Of a DNA stretch of 64,000 bases, positions 1-9,777 are shown piece by piece; positions within the stretch are counted from its first letter, which is position 1; each line of letters begins with the position of its first letter. Source of the stretch: Candidatus Latescibacterota bacterium (GTDB taxonomy: Bacteria; Latescibacterota; UBA2968); assembly GCA_965204375.1 (NCBI GenBank), contig OZ241986.1:768001-832000 (forward strand), read 5' to 3'. The translations under genes and the position numbers were made by a program. The notes beneath the pieces were generated by a model that was given only the letters and a program-made list of their open reading frames with translations, was not told the origin of the DNA and did not search any database.

Positions 1-269
1 AGGTTGAGCTTCTCTGCTTGCGCCTTGCATCGGGTGACGTACTCGTCGGCGAGGTCAATAGCCGTGATCTGGTAGCCTCGATTTGCCAGAGGAAAGGAGT
101 AAAATCCCGTGCCGAAACCAATTTCGAGGAGCCTGCCGCGAGGTGGGAGGTATAGGTTCAAATAGCGCCAGGTGATGTCTGCTTCGAGTTGGTGGCGTTC
201 CAACCTATTTGCCTCTGCGTCCCAGGCAGCATTGTAAAACTCGCGTATGTCGGTCAGGTCGTCCATCAT
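1..269 (-). CDS. Class I SAM-dependent methyltransferase (runs off window edge)
   Basis: Manual translation MMDDLTDIREFYNAAWDAEANRLERHQLE...RLLEIGFGTGFYS contains SAM motif I (LEIGxGxG). Confidence 0.8.
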   Translation of the reverse strand, partial: MMDDLTDIREFYNAAWDAEANRLERHQLEADITWRYLNLYLPPRGRLLEIGFGTGFYSFPLANRGYQITAIDLADEYVTRCKAQAEKLN

Positions 270-306
270 ATTAGAGAATTGGTCTATCTGCCTGTGGTAC
301 TTTTCT

Positions 307-1383
307 TTACCTCGGTTCGTTGGGATATAAATCCCCTACATATTTGTCATACCCGTTGAATAGCAGGGTCGGACGGATTTCGGGGTTCGAAGCATTGGTG
401 GTGATAAATCGTTCCTGAGCTTGAGACCACCGGGGATGGGCGACCTTGGGATTGACATTGGCAAAGAAGCCGTATTCTCTTGGAACGAGCGTATTCCAGA
501 AGGTTCTCGGCTGCTCGCGGACAAACTCAATGCTCACAAGAGATTTGATGCTCTTAAAACCATATTTCCATGGCGCGACCAGACGGATGGGTGCCCCGTG
601 CTGGTTGGGCATTTCGTGACCGTAAATCCCCGTGGCGATAAAAGCGAGTTCATTTACCGCTTCTTCCATCGTCAGCCCTTCAACATAGGGCCAGGGATAG
701 TGGGGGGCGTTGAGCTGACCAGGAGCCTGATTCGGGTCCAGGAAGGTGGTCATCTTGACGAATTTTGCCGTAGAAAGCGGTTGTACCAGGTCTATGAGGG
801 CTTTCATCGGAAAACCGGTCCACGGTATTGCCATAGACCACGCCTCTACACACCGCAAGCGGTAAAGCCGTTCCTCCAGCGGAATAGCGCGAACCAGATC
901 GCCAAAATCGTATGTCTTTTCCTGCGGGACCTCTCCCTTGATTACCACTGTCCAGGGATCTGTCATGAAGTTTTCCGATAGAGGCTTCACCTGAGTCTTA
1001 CCGGTGCTGAATTCATAAAAATTATTGTACGATCCGGCTATTGACTCCTCGGTTAAAGGTCGGTCCAGTTCCTTGAATTCCTCATTGAGGCTGGCAGGAT
1101 AAAGCGGTTGCGGCGGCTGTGGTGGTTGCGGCGGATCCGGCGGTTGCTGTGGCGGTTGCTGTGGATCCTGAGGTTGTTGTGGCTGTTGCGGTTGCTGTGG
1201 TTGTTGTGGCTCCTCAGTCGGCGTAGTGGGTGCTCTTTCAGCAGGGGTAAAAATCTTCTCATGTCCGCAGCCTGCTAACGCTCCCAGGGCACCTCCTGCG
1301 GCTACCATAAACTTTCGCCGGTTCATATAAACATCTTCTGGCGTTGCTTCTCTTTCGGGTATTTCCCAACCTCGTTTTGGCAT
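307..1383 (-). CDS. msrP: Protein-methionine-sulfoxide reductase catalytic subunit (molybdopterin, YedY family)
   Basis: YNNFYEF, RLRCVEAWS, GAPIRLVAPWKYGFKSIKS and HPRWSQA motifs; Tat RRKFM; AAGGAGG RBS before the ATG at 1383. Confidence 0.92.
   Translation of the reverse strand: MPKRGWEIPEREATPEDVYMNRRKFMVAAGGALGALAGCGHEKIFTPAERAPTTPTEEPQQPQQPQQPQQPQDPQQPPQQPPDPPQPPQPPQPLYPASLNEEFKELDRPLTEESIAGSYNNFYEFSTGKTQVKPLSENFMTDPWTVVIKGEVPQEKTYDFGDLVRAIPLEERLYRLRCVEAWSMAIPWTGFPMKALIDLVQPLSTAKFVKMTTFLDPNQAPGQLNAPHYPWPYVEGLTMEEAVNELAFIATGIYGHEMPNQHGAPIRLVAPWKYGFKSIKSLVSIEFVREQPRTFWNTLVPREYGFFANVNPKVAHPRWSQAQERFITTNASNPEIRPTLLFNGYDKYVGDLYPNEPR
1105..1212 (-). repeat. Degenerate 9-12 bp coding tandem repeat (PQQ/PPQ linker) inside msrP
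   Basis: Encodes EEPQQPQQPQQPQQPQDPQQPPQQPPDPPQPPQPPQP. Confidence 0.85.
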
Positions 1384-1409
1384 ATCAACCTCCTTGATGA
1401 GGTCCCGGC

Positions 1410-2261
1410 TCATCTCTTAAATGCTATTCCAAACAAAAACGTATTTCCCGCAGAGGTGTTGCAACCCGCTGCGATACGAATCATATCCACGCTCAGTTCC
1501 ATCCAGTCGGTTAAACGGTAAATCACTCCAGGAGAGATTTTTAAGACACTTTGGTCGCCAATTAATTCAACCTCTCCAACCGGGTTACAAGTTCCAAAGG
1601 TACGGATACCTGAAAGATACCCTTTGAACAGGAACCGGTCCACTGTAATTCCGACCTCCAGGGCATAAAACCATTCATTACTGATGTCTCCTCCGCGGAC
1701 CCGGTAGCCTACCTCCCCAGTTACATAAATCGGAGCGGGGTAAAGAGATTGGCCCAGTAGCAGCCGAATATCTGCATCCATCTTTTTAGAACTCAGGGGA
1801 ACCCGCGTGTTGGGGTCTTCTTCGTACCACAGCGGAATTTTACCCCCTATGGCAATTGATGCGACCACGGGCTGATTGGCCAAAAGCCATCGCAAACGCA
1901 TCTCCATATCGCCAAAACCCCATCGACGCTCCAAAGCTGTTCCCGTAACAACCAGATCGAGATCCCTCAGGGTGCGGGTATCCTGCAGCCGTTTGTAGGG
2001 GACAGAAGATACAAGTGTGAGCCGGTCCAGCAAGCCGTATTCCAGGTAGGTCGAATAATTGAGATCTCTCAGTTCCCCCATATTTGCCTTCTGAATCTGC
2101 TTGCCGTTGGCATCAATATCTATGGTCGAGTTCAAATAGCTGGCTCCGACCTTAAAATAATAGCCCCCCTTTTTCTGAGTCCACGCGCCAGCAAAGGCCG
2201 CAGATGTCAGGCCCAGATAGGTGGTGCATATAGCGAGAAAAAACAGACTTCGATATATCAT
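1410..2261 (-). CDS. Secreted/outer-membrane beta-barrel-like protein
   Basis: Signal peptide ending AFA-GAWTQKKG, alternating beta-strand pattern, C-terminal aromatic residue; start reassigned to the ATG at 2261. Confidence 0.6.
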   Translation of the reverse strand: MIYRSLFFLAICTTYLGLTSAAFAGAWTQKKGGYYFKVGASYLNSTIDIDANGKQIQKANMGELRDLNYSTYLEYGLLDRLTLVSSVPYKRLQDTRTLRDLDLVVTGTALERRWGFGDMEMRLRWLLANQPVVASIAIGGKIPLWYEEDPNTRVPLSSKKMDADIRLLLGQSLYPAPIYVTGEVGYRVRGGDISNEWFYALEVGITVDRFLFKGYLSGIRTFGTCNPVGEVELIGDQSVLKISPGVIYRLTDWMELSVDMIRIAAGCNTSAGNTFLFGIAFKR

Positions 2262-2344
2262 TGATTTACCCCATATTTCGAGAGGTTTTATTGATAGTGC
2301 GGTCAGTATTATAAAGCCTATAATAAATTTAAGTTCCCCTTCCC

Positions 2345-3838
2345 TCATTCCTCTTCGATCACAGCCGTGTGGGCAGTCATCGTCGCACTGGGCGAGAGTC
2401 GTGGCTTCAGGCCGCTGGCAGTCCTCAGGCCCCGAAGCCTTACTCGCTGGCAAGGGGTGTATGGGAAAGGACGTTCCTCAGACGCGGAGGCCTGTTCGAC
2501 GCCATCGTGGAAGTCGTCCGGTGCGGTGAAGAAGTACATGCCTTGGTAATTATCGGGCGTATTGGAATCATCTACGAATAGTCCGTCGATAACGACTTCT
2601 TCGGGCATAGAGCAGGGATATCCGAAATCGTGCATGCCGTCGTTGGCAACATTGATCATGTGAGGTTGACAGATGTCTCCACAGGCCGGAATCCATCGGC
2701 AGTTGCGGATCTCAAGCGCTCCTTCCCAGGTGCTGCCATAGTCGCGCCGAAAGGAGACCAGGCTACTGCCGTACAATGTAGAATCCTCGACTATTAGCCG
2801 GCCTCGGCCGATCGCGTTTAGCCCCATATGCCCCAGGGAGCAGCGACGGATGACGTAGGTGCCCGAAACGCCCATGTGCGTGTCCATCCTGGAGAGGTGG
2901 CAGTCCTCGAGGAGGATGTCCTTGCAGAAGTTGGATCCGATCACGCCCCAGCGCGTGCGGTCGGTGATGTGGTTCATACGACATCCAATCATTGTGAATC
3001 CCACGACATTGTTCGCATTGTAGTCGTAGGTGCCCATGCTGACCGGTTTACCCGCCGCGCCGATGGTCGAGTAGATTTTGTGCCCGGTGGCGAAGCAGTT
3101 GCGCAGCGTGATGTGGGCACACTGTTGCGCGCTAATGAATCCGGAATAGGGGCAGCCCACGGCTGTCTCGCCGACGACATAGTGGGTTAGACCCGCGACT
3201 TCCGTGTTCGAGCGAGAGATTACAATGTTCCGATTCCAGTAGTTGTAACCTTGCGGATGGTGCTCGCGGTTGGCAAACGTGGTAAAGACACCGCCGCGTA
3301 GGTAGAGCGTCTGCTCGTCGATCGGCCTCGCCTCTACTCGGGTGATCAGATCGTATTCCCAATCGATGTCCGCCTCCACCGAGCCGTCTCGACGCAGGAC
3401 GAAGCAGTCGTGCTGGGGAACGCCGTCGTTCTGGTTGAGTCCCCGCCGGATATACTGCCTCTTGTGCGCGTTTTCCACGAGGACGTGACAGTCGCGCTCT
3501 GGTCGCGCATCCACCTGTCTCTGGTCTCTCGTGAGCCGATCGATCTGCAGTTCCTCTGGCTCCAACAGCGAGCGTACTTCAAAGAGATGCGCCTTGTGGT
3601 CTTCAACCTGTGTGTCTTCAACCGTGAAACGGGAGGTGTTCCAGTCGGTATTGGTTGCGACCACGGCGGTCAGTGCCTGGCCGCCGAGATGGTACGTCGC
3701 GTCGGGCTTTGTCCTGACACTCAGGCCGTGCGCGTTGGCGTAGGCGTGTGCCTCGCAGATCGCTGGCATGTCATCCGTGACGCCGTCGCCCTTTGCACCG
3801 AAAGCCTCGTAGTCTATCAGGCCCTCTTTGAAATCCAT
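2345..3838 (-). CDS. Pectin-lyase-like right-handed beta-helix protein
   Basis: N-terminal FGAKGDGVTDD motif; AGGAG RBS. Confidence 0.7.
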   Translation of the reverse strand: MDFKEGLIDYEAFGAKGDGVTDDMPAICEAHAYANAHGLSVRTKPDATYHLGGQALTAVVATNTDWNTSRFTVEDTQVEDHKAHLFEVRSLLEPEELQIDRLTRDQRQVDARPERDCHVLVENAHKRQYIRRGLNQNDGVPQHDCFVLRRDGSVEADIDWEYDLITRVEARPIDEQTLYLRGGVFTTFANREHHPQGYNYWNRNIVISRSNTEVAGLTHYVVGETAVGCPYSGFISAQQCAHITLRNCFATGHKIYSTIGAAGKPVSMGTYDYNANNVVGFTMIGCRMNHITDRTRWGVIGSNFCKDILLEDCHLSRMDTHMGVSGTYVIRRCSLGHMGLNAIGRGRLIVEDSTLYGSSLVSFRRDYGSTWEGALEIRNCRWIPACGDICQPHMINVANDGMHDFGYPCSMPEEVVIDGLFVDDSNTPDNYQGMYFFTAPDDFHDGVEQASASEERPFPYTPCQRVRLRGLRTASGLKPRLSPSATMTAHTAVIEEE

Positions 3839-3850
3839 GGGTGTCTCCTT

Positions 3851-4291
3851 TTATCTATCTAACGCGATCTGCTCAATTATTTTGGGACCAAAGCCTTTCA
3901 CAGTAGATAAGTTACCGTTTTCTGCTGCCGACTTCAACCCCGCCAAATCAGCGACGCCAAGTTCGTCGAATACGCGTCTCGCCAATTTTGCGCCCAACCC
4001 GCGAATTTCCGTAAGTTCGAGAATCGTTATGGGAATGTGATCTGGCTGTAGCGCAGTGACTGTACGACCTTCTACGATCTCCTGGATCGTCTGGAGTACC
4101 TCAGTATCAGGTTCATCAAGCAATGTCTTAATGCCTGAATAATCCAGTTTTGGAAGCGCGTCAATTCGTTGGCCGCGCAGTGATTGGACCTCCATGGCTG
4201 TGCCCAGATACTGCCCCGGATTTCGATCACAGATTTCGCGATAATAAGCAACCTGCTTGAGGATTTTCGCGATCGTGTAATTTGATGGCAT
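3851..4291 (-). CDS. Helix-hairpin-helix protein resembling the PolX N-terminal domains
   Basis: NYTIAKILKQVA helix; two HhH motifs IRGLGAKLA and VKGFGPK. Confidence 0.7.
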   Translation of the reverse strand: MPSNYTIAKILKQVAYYREICDRNPGQYLGTAMEVQSLRGQRIDALPKLDYSGIKTLLDEPDTEVLQTIQEIVEGRTVTALQPDHIPITILELTEIRGLGAKLARRVFDELGVADLAGLKSAAENGNLSTVKGFGPKIIEQIALDR

Positions 4292-4304
4292 ACTCTAATG
4301 CTCC

Positions 4305-5273
4305 TTATCGTAGCCAGGTCCACGCAGTTCTGGTTGCTGGATAGGCTATCTCTTCTCCCAAACGCAATTTCTTCACTTCTGGAGATTTAATCGTGCTACG
4401 AACACCCTGAGCATATTGATATATTTCATTGTCCGGATAGGCCGTGCCTGCTCGGCCAGTTGGAGAAAAGCCAAGCCGCTGAAGCTTCTCCATATAAATC
4501 ATCTCTATGCGGCTAACCAGTTCTCGTTTACCATTCATCTTCTCGAATCCCTCCGCAAGTAAAGGAGAAACTTCATCGGCAATAGTGCCCAACTTTCTGA
4601 ATTCTGTCCACAACCATTTGTGGTAGGGTGCATGACGCCGACTCATCAGAAAGCCAACCTTCATTGCGTAATCAGCGAATCTGGCCCAATAGCAACACGC
4701 ACTCACATGGTCTCCCCGAGCCTCCGCCCTGAAGAGTTGCTTTCGTCCCCACTCATAACACCAGGAGAGACAAGCTCCCAGTCGCTGCTTCCATACATCA
4801 TCCGGATATTTGGAGAACGCTCGGAAGCGAGCACTGACGATGCCAGGTCCATCGTGATAAAGCCTGCTCGGGGTCAACTCAAACAGATACGGCTCTGGTA
4901 TTCGCAACCAGTCCACGAGTGATTGAGGCGGATCTGAGAATCCGACCATAGATTCTATATAGCTACTGATTTCCATTACAATACAGGTCCTGACCTCTGA
5001 TTTTTGCCATCGAAATCCGTCATATTCGCGGGGAAGGGTATCCAGTATCTCCTGAAGACGCTCGCCGTGATCATCGAAATCGTCTTTGACAAGCCACACC
5101 ATGAATCCCGGTCCCCAGCCATGGTCGCGAGACACATCATCGTCGTTTTTGTGCGCTTGAGACCCTAAACCAACGCCCACTGCCAGTCTCGGGACACATT
5201 CGGGCAATTGTTGCTCAATAGCAGGTAGCCCAATTTCCTGGAAGAACCGCTCTGATAGTTCAAATCCTTTCAT
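4305..5273 (-). CDS. DUF4037-type nucleotidyltransferase-like protein
   Basis: GLGS...DDDVSRDHGWGPGF and APYHKWL motifs; GGAGG RBS. Confidence 0.75.
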   Translation of the reverse strand: MKGFELSERFFQEIGLPAIEQQLPECVPRLAVGVGLGSQAHKNDDDVSRDHGWGPGFMVWLVKDDFDDHGERLQEILDTLPREYDGFRWQKSEVRTCIVMEISSYIESMVGFSDPPQSLVDWLRIPEPYLFELTPSRLYHDGPGIVSARFRAFSKYPDDVWKQRLGACLSWCYEWGRKQLFRAEARGDHVSACCYWARFADYAMKVGFLMSRRHAPYHKWLWTEFRKLGTIADEVSPLLAEGFEKMNGKRELVSRIEMIYMEKLQRLGFSPTGRAGTAYPDNEIYQYAQGVRSTIKSPEVKKLRLGEEIAYPATRTAWTWLR

Positions 5274-5297
5274 AGAGTCCTCCACTCTATTTGAATA

Positions 5298-5804
5298 CTA
5301 TCTTGGGCCTTTGTATTTGCGTCCACGGTCTGCCACACGGCGCTCTCTGGTTAGCGCCATGATTGGAACCCCATAGCCACAACTCGTTTGTGTTTTTTCA
5401 ATGTTCACTTCAATCACTTGTCGAGGTTTCTTCAATTCTTGAGCAGGCGTTTCGAGCATCTGGCGCACGAGAGGGGAGTCGTCAAGCTCAGCGATCCGCG
5501 CATGTCCATAGAGCCGGACAATGCCCGCGTCCCCTTCCTCGAAGGAGCACACCATGATCGTGATAGGACCTCCAGAGATCGCATGACGCGCTGTCTCGTT
5601 CCCGCTGCCGGGATAGTCGAGGTAAGCAACGCGATTTGGCGTAAGAATATGCAAGGGCGTTCCTCCCTTTGGCGATAAATTTAAAGCACCCGTCCCATCA
5701 GGTCCGTTTTCCAAATTTGGATCGGCTGTCGCGACAAAGAATAGGGGAGCGTTCCTAATGAGCGCAACTTGCTCATCTGTTATAGAAGTGTAGTGCGTTG
5801 CCAT
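5298..5804 (-). CDS. Pyridoxamine 5'-phosphate oxidase family protein
   Basis: FFVATA, NLSPKG, GSGNET and QTSCGYGVP motifs. Confidence 0.85.
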   Translation of the reverse strand: MATHYTSITDEQVALIRNAPLFFVATADPNLENGPDGTGALNLSPKGGTPLHILTPNRVAYLDYPGSGNETARHAISGGPITIMVCSFEEGDAGIVRLYGHARIAELDDSPLVRQMLETPAQELKKPRQVIEVNIEKTQTSCGYGVPIMALTRERRVADRGRKYKGPR

Positions 5805-5897
5805 TTCGTTTATGTCTCCTTTTAGCGGCGGTATTTGGCTAACTCAGTTTTGACCTTATGGAACCGGTTTAGTTCCTTTGTGTAAATGAACGCACGC

Positions 5898-6122
5898 TTA
5901 TAAGTCTTCTATATTGAGAGGTTTTGTCCGCCCTGCTCTATGTGCTGCAATGGCCTCATCGGCCAACCGCTCCAGTAAATCCTCGGACTCAGGGCGGCTA
6001 AACAACTCAGCCCATCGCTGATCCGACTCAAGTTCGGCCAGCAGGAAACGCGCAAATTGATCCTGCTTCTCCTGTGGGAGTTTGGTGGCTCTCTCAAAAG
6101 CCTTTTGAAGAAGTGGGGTCAT
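5898..6122 (-). CDS. Small antitoxin-like protein (orphan)
   Basis: MTPLLQKAFERATKLPQEKQDQFA...LADEAIAAHRAG pattern, typical of antitoxins preceding RelE/ParE-like toxins. Confidence 0.65.
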   Translation of the reverse strand: MTPLLQKAFERATKLPQEKQDQFARFLLAELESDQRWAELFSRPESEDLLERLADEAIAAHRAGRTKPLNIEDL

Positions 6123-6156
6123 TTGTTTTCTTCCTTTAAAATTTCAACTGAAATGC

Positions 6157-6891
6157 TCACACGTCATGTATAATCCACACATTGGGTTCTTCGTGATAGC
6201 CAACGTTGTTTTCGCGGTCGATTGAGACAAGTGCCAATGCTCTTGGAACGACGTATTCACCCGATGTTGGGAAAGACATGTCCGTCCATTTCTCCCAATC
6301 ATTGACTGTACCTCGGACAGACATCGATTTCGGTGCCGTCCGTGCAATCCGACCTCCAATTTTCCAATGTACCCGGATCCACGGATCAAAGGGCTGTCCA
6401 TCCTCTCGTTTCCACGCTATGTAATCGTCAATTGCTGTGAGCGGATATCTGTCCTTGAACGTCGGTCGTACCGGCGCGATGAGGAATAAGAATCCCTGGC
6501 AGTCGGCAATGTGCTTCATAGCCAGCAAAATTTCCCGGCTGTACCCTTGTCCCTGACAATCCGGCCTGATATCGACTCCCAATGCACAGAGAGTTGTAGG
6601 GTTCTGATTTCCTTCTCTCAAGCCCAATTCCAGCGCTGATGTCCAGCCTTCTGGTAAGTCTTCGTCATGGCCGGTCCACGGGATGGGGATTGCGATACTA
6701 TAGGCAGCCAGTTGATCCTCAGAATCGCAATAATATAGTTGAAACTGGGGAAACTGCGCGATCAATTGAGCTGTTATCTCCTTGGGCCCCTCGGCATGAA
6801 AGATGAACTCGGGCCAGTTCGTTCGGGAATCCCATGTTTGCTCTCGCAGATCGGGTCGCTCGGTATGCGAATACACGGTCAACTTTTTCAC
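6157..6891 (-). CDS. GNAT family N-acetyltransferase
   Basis: QGQGYS acetyl-CoA motif, APVRP, DPWIRVH. Confidence 0.8.
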   Translation of the reverse strand: MKKLTVYSHTERPDLREQTWDSRTNWPEFIFHAEGPKEITAQLIAQFPQFQLYYCDSEDQLAAYSIAIPIPWTGHDEDLPEGWTSALELGLREGNQNPTTLCALGVDIRPDCQGQGYSREILLAMKHIADCQGFLFLIAPVRPTFKDRYPLTAIDDYIAWKREDGQPFDPWIRVHWKIGGRIARTAPKSMSVRGTVNDWEKWTDMSFPTSGEYVVPRALALVSIDRENNVGYHEEPNVWIIHDV

Positions 6892-6910
6892 GGTATTTTT
6901 GTACTTCCTT

Positions 6911-7759
6911 CTAATTGATTCTATGCCGGGAGGTTCTATTGATAGCGTCAGCTAGCAATTGGAATCCCCCGTTACGTTTATAGGTGCTTAGCCAATCTCC
7001 GCTCACAAATTCAAAATTGCCGGTCTCCGTATCAAGCGCACCAATACATCCTTCGTTTATAACCTGCAATGTTGGATCTCTGGGGTTGCTCACCACACTG
7101 GCGACCTGAATGCACTCCGTCTCATACACTTTTCTCGGCTCGACTGGATGGTGAAAGTGCCCAAATACATGGTAGCGCGGTTTCGATGTTCTCAGATATT
7201 CGAGCAAGCCTTGAGGTCCTTCCGCCAGGTTATCCGCATCGGCACCGGCTCCAAATCCTCCTTCGTGTGAAACGAGAATATCTATATCCTTTGGGTGATT
7301 GTGTTGAAGAGCCTCTGGGTCTCCACCTTCACAAAAGCCGATTGTTTCCTCTCCTACCTCAAGTGTAAAACCGTCCGGTACGCACTTGAAGAGATCGTGT
7401 GGGTCAAGTGGAATGGGTACAGAAGATTTTGTCTCTACAGAATTTCGAATAGCAGAGAATTCGTCGTGATTGCCTGCTACCACAAGGATCGAAGATGTCA
7501 ATTGCGCCCGTGTATCGCGTGCTAATTGTGCATCTGTCCCTTCTGCCAGGATGAGGCTACACAAATCGTACACGGCCGGATCCCATTGTGAAAACCTGTC
7601 GTATGGGATCTCACCGCTCTGCGGCAGTGGCATAACCCCCAGATCGCCAACCTGAACGACAAGGTCGAATCTCTTTTTTCGTATTGACTGCCAGATCAGG
7701 AGAATGGCAAGGGCATGGCAGGCGCGTCCGTGTATATCACCTATGAACCCTATAATCAA
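6911..7759 (-). CDS. Metallophosphoesterase
   Basis: GDIHG, GDLG, GNHD, SHE and GHFH motifs. Confidence 0.88.
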   Translation of the reverse strand: MIIGFIGDIHGRACHALAILLIWQSIRKKRFDLVVQVGDLGVMPLPQSGEIPYDRFSQWDPAVYDLCSLILAEGTDAQLARDTRAQLTSSILVVAGNHDEFSAIRNSVETKSSVPIPLDPHDLFKCVPDGFTLEVGEETIGFCEGGDPEALQHNHPKDIDILVSHEGGFGAGADADNLAEGPQGLLEYLRTSKPRYHVFGHFHHPVEPRKVYETECIQVASVVSNPRDPTLQVINEGCIGALDTETGNFEFVSGDWLSTYKRNGGFQLLADAINRTSRHRIN

Positions 7760-7760
7760 T

Positions 7761-8369
7761 TTAAGTTCCTTCTACCAAATGGTCCCTTCTTCTGTCGTCT
7801 GGCGTTTCCGCTTTTCTCGAATCTTGAGCTTTGTTTATTCGAAATCCAAGTTGCGTGATTTTGCCATCACCAAAATCGTTGTCTTCAACGTTGTCGAGTT
7901 CGGGAGCTCGAAAGAAGCCGACTTTTGTAAAAAGATTGATGCTTGGCTGATTGTGTTCGTATATCCCGGCCACGATATATTCGAGGTCGAATTCTCTGAA
8001 GATAAAGTCCACTGAGAGTTGCACGGCTTCTGTTCCGTATCCCTTAAATCTAAAAGGCTTATAGATCCAGACGCCCAGATCTGGTTCAAGGTGTGCCGGA
8101 GCCAGACTGATACGACCAACGGGAATTAGATCCTTCAAACGAACAATGGTGGCATTGAACCGTTGTGGAGGTCTGTCCGGGTTGGTAAATAGTGCAAGAA
8201 AATCTTCGTAGGATTCCCAATAGTGCATCGTATTGAAGTTTCTTTGCGTTGAGATATCCTTCCACGTTTGGTAGAACGGCTTATAATCCTCCATCAGGAA
8301 CTCAGTGAGGCCAACGTCTCTTCCTTTGATATAGAAGTTCCGGCAGTCTTTGACGTTGTCAATAGTCAT
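7761..8369 (-). CDS. RimJ/RimL-type GNAT acetyltransferase
   Basis: KGYGTEA and NQPSINLFTKVGF motifs. Confidence 0.82.
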   Translation of the reverse strand: MTIDNVKDCRNFYIKGRDVGLTEFLMEDYKPFYQTWKDISTQRNFNTMHYWESYEDFLALFTNPDRPPQRFNATIVRLKDLIPVGRISLAPAHLEPDLGVWIYKPFRFKGYGTEAVQLSVDFIFREFDLEYIVAGIYEHNQPSINLFTKVGFFRAPELDNVEDNDFGDGKITQLGFRINKAQDSRKAETPDDRRRDHLVEGT

Positions 8370-8378
8370 CAGGATGCT

Positions 8379-9746
8379 TTATCCGAGTTTGTGTATAGCA
8401 ACCTCGTACATTTCGGCTGTGCAGGTCTGGAGGACTTTCAGGAGTTCGGGATATGGTTCGCCGTAGCCGGTGAGCAGTCCAGAATGCTGGCGGTCCTGTT
8501 TTTGGGCGATCAGGTTGGGTGCGTCGATCAGGCCACAATAGTGCCAGCCAATAAATTCTGGACGCGCAAAGGCGTTCCTGAAGAACTCGTCGGTCCATTC
8601 GGATCGCTGTTCGATGTTGTCGGCCACGGGACCGTAGGGACGCGGCATGGTGTCTGTAATCATCGTGAAAGCCGAATCGCCATTGATCAGCGGTTTGTCG
8701 GCGATTCTATACCAGCGATCTAATCCGGGTTTTTGCACCTCGTATCGCGCATACATTTGATAGAATACAATGTCGGTAAATTGGCTTGTAATGGGCAAGA
8801 GGGTATCCAGCGCATCTGTGTTGGCGTTGATTTTGTCGCCGACGAACAGATGGTTTGGATCGTATCGGCGGATTGCATCCCGCGTTGTCTGGTAGTATTT
8901 TTCGACGACTTTTTGGAGGAATTCAATATTGTCGCGGGTTTCGTTTCCATTGGAGAGATCGGTGTGTGGCCGCCAGTTCTCGGCTGTTTGGAGCGCGTCA
9001 AGCGAATCAAATTGCGTGCCATAAGTTGTGTTGAAATCGCTGATTTGCCCGCGATAGATATCGCGCATGATCTGAACATAAGCCTTTTTGCCCGGTGCAT
9101 CGGCACCCAAATTGCGCAACCGCCGCGGCCAGCCGATTCGAGCTTCCCGTCGAGCGCCGCCGATTACGTCGGGGCGTTCCCGGCAATCTTCTTCTGTAAA
9201 TAACGGACAGTCGGTCATGGCATAACCGAGCAGGAAGGGATCATCTTTTGCAGGCGCGGCAAACTCCTTTGCCATCTGATCGCAGTGTGAGGCAAATGTT
9301 TCTGAAAAGATATCCAAAAAATTGCTGTCGGGTATTTCTGCCTGCCAATGCGGGATATCGACAAAGTGAATCGACTGCATATAGGGGAGAGATGGCTGTG
9401 GGCGATTGACGGCTGAGAGCTCTGTGTGTACGCCTACGGTATTGAAGCCGTATTGACGACATGTTTGCAGGAACCAGGTTTTGAGGGCAGGTGTGAATTC
9501 TCGGCTGTCCAGATTGTCTATGCCCAATCGCTTTTTCCAGGCTTCGCGATTGTAGGGCTGTTTCCACAGATGGGGATGCAGGTGGTTTATTCCGAAGCTC
9601 AGAAACGCATTTCCCTCGGGCGTTACGAGCCACCATCTTTCGTCTTTCTCTACGCGGAAAAATCCCGTTGCCTCAAATTTTTTGCCCGTCCAGCCGCCGT
9701 ATTGATCGCGTTCGGCGGTGTCCCGGTGCGATTTATGTCTGTTCAT
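8379..9746 (-). CDS. Beta-agarase-like (GH50-related) glycoside hydrolase
   Basis: DQYGGW, ATGFFRVEK, WWLVTPEG, GFNTVG, IRRYDPNHL. Confidence 0.65.
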   Translation of the reverse strand: MNRHKSHRDTAERDQYGGWTGKKFEATGFFRVEKDERWWLVTPEGNAFLSFGINHLHPHLWKQPYNREAWKKRLGIDNLDSREFTPALKTWFLQTCRQYGFNTVGVHTELSAVNRPQPSLPYMQSIHFVDIPHWQAEIPDSNFLDIFSETFASHCDQMAKEFAAPAKDDPFLLGYAMTDCPLFTEEDCRERPDVIGGARREARIGWPRRLRNLGADAPGKKAYVQIMRDIYRGQISDFNTTYGTQFDSLDALQTAENWRPHTDLSNGNETRDNIEFLQKVVEKYYQTTRDAIRRYDPNHLFVGDKINANTDALDTLLPITSQFTDIVFYQMYARYEVQKPGLDRWYRIADKPLINGDSAFTMITDTMPRPYGPVADNIEQRSEWTDEFFRNAFARPEFIGWHYCGLIDAPNLIAQKQDRQHSGLLTGYGEPYPELLKVLQTCTAEMYEVAIHKLG

Positions 9747-9777
9747 TTGGTTACCTTTGAATAGTTATCAGAGTGTT

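Noticed and set aside
1105-1212. Repeat array as a possible CRISPR or non-coding repeat
   Set aside because: No unique spacers; it is an in-frame Pro/Gln linker inside msrP.
5837-5843. GTTAGCC as an integron core site
   Set aside because: Better explained as part of a coding 3' stub (ELAKYRR-stop); no partner arm.
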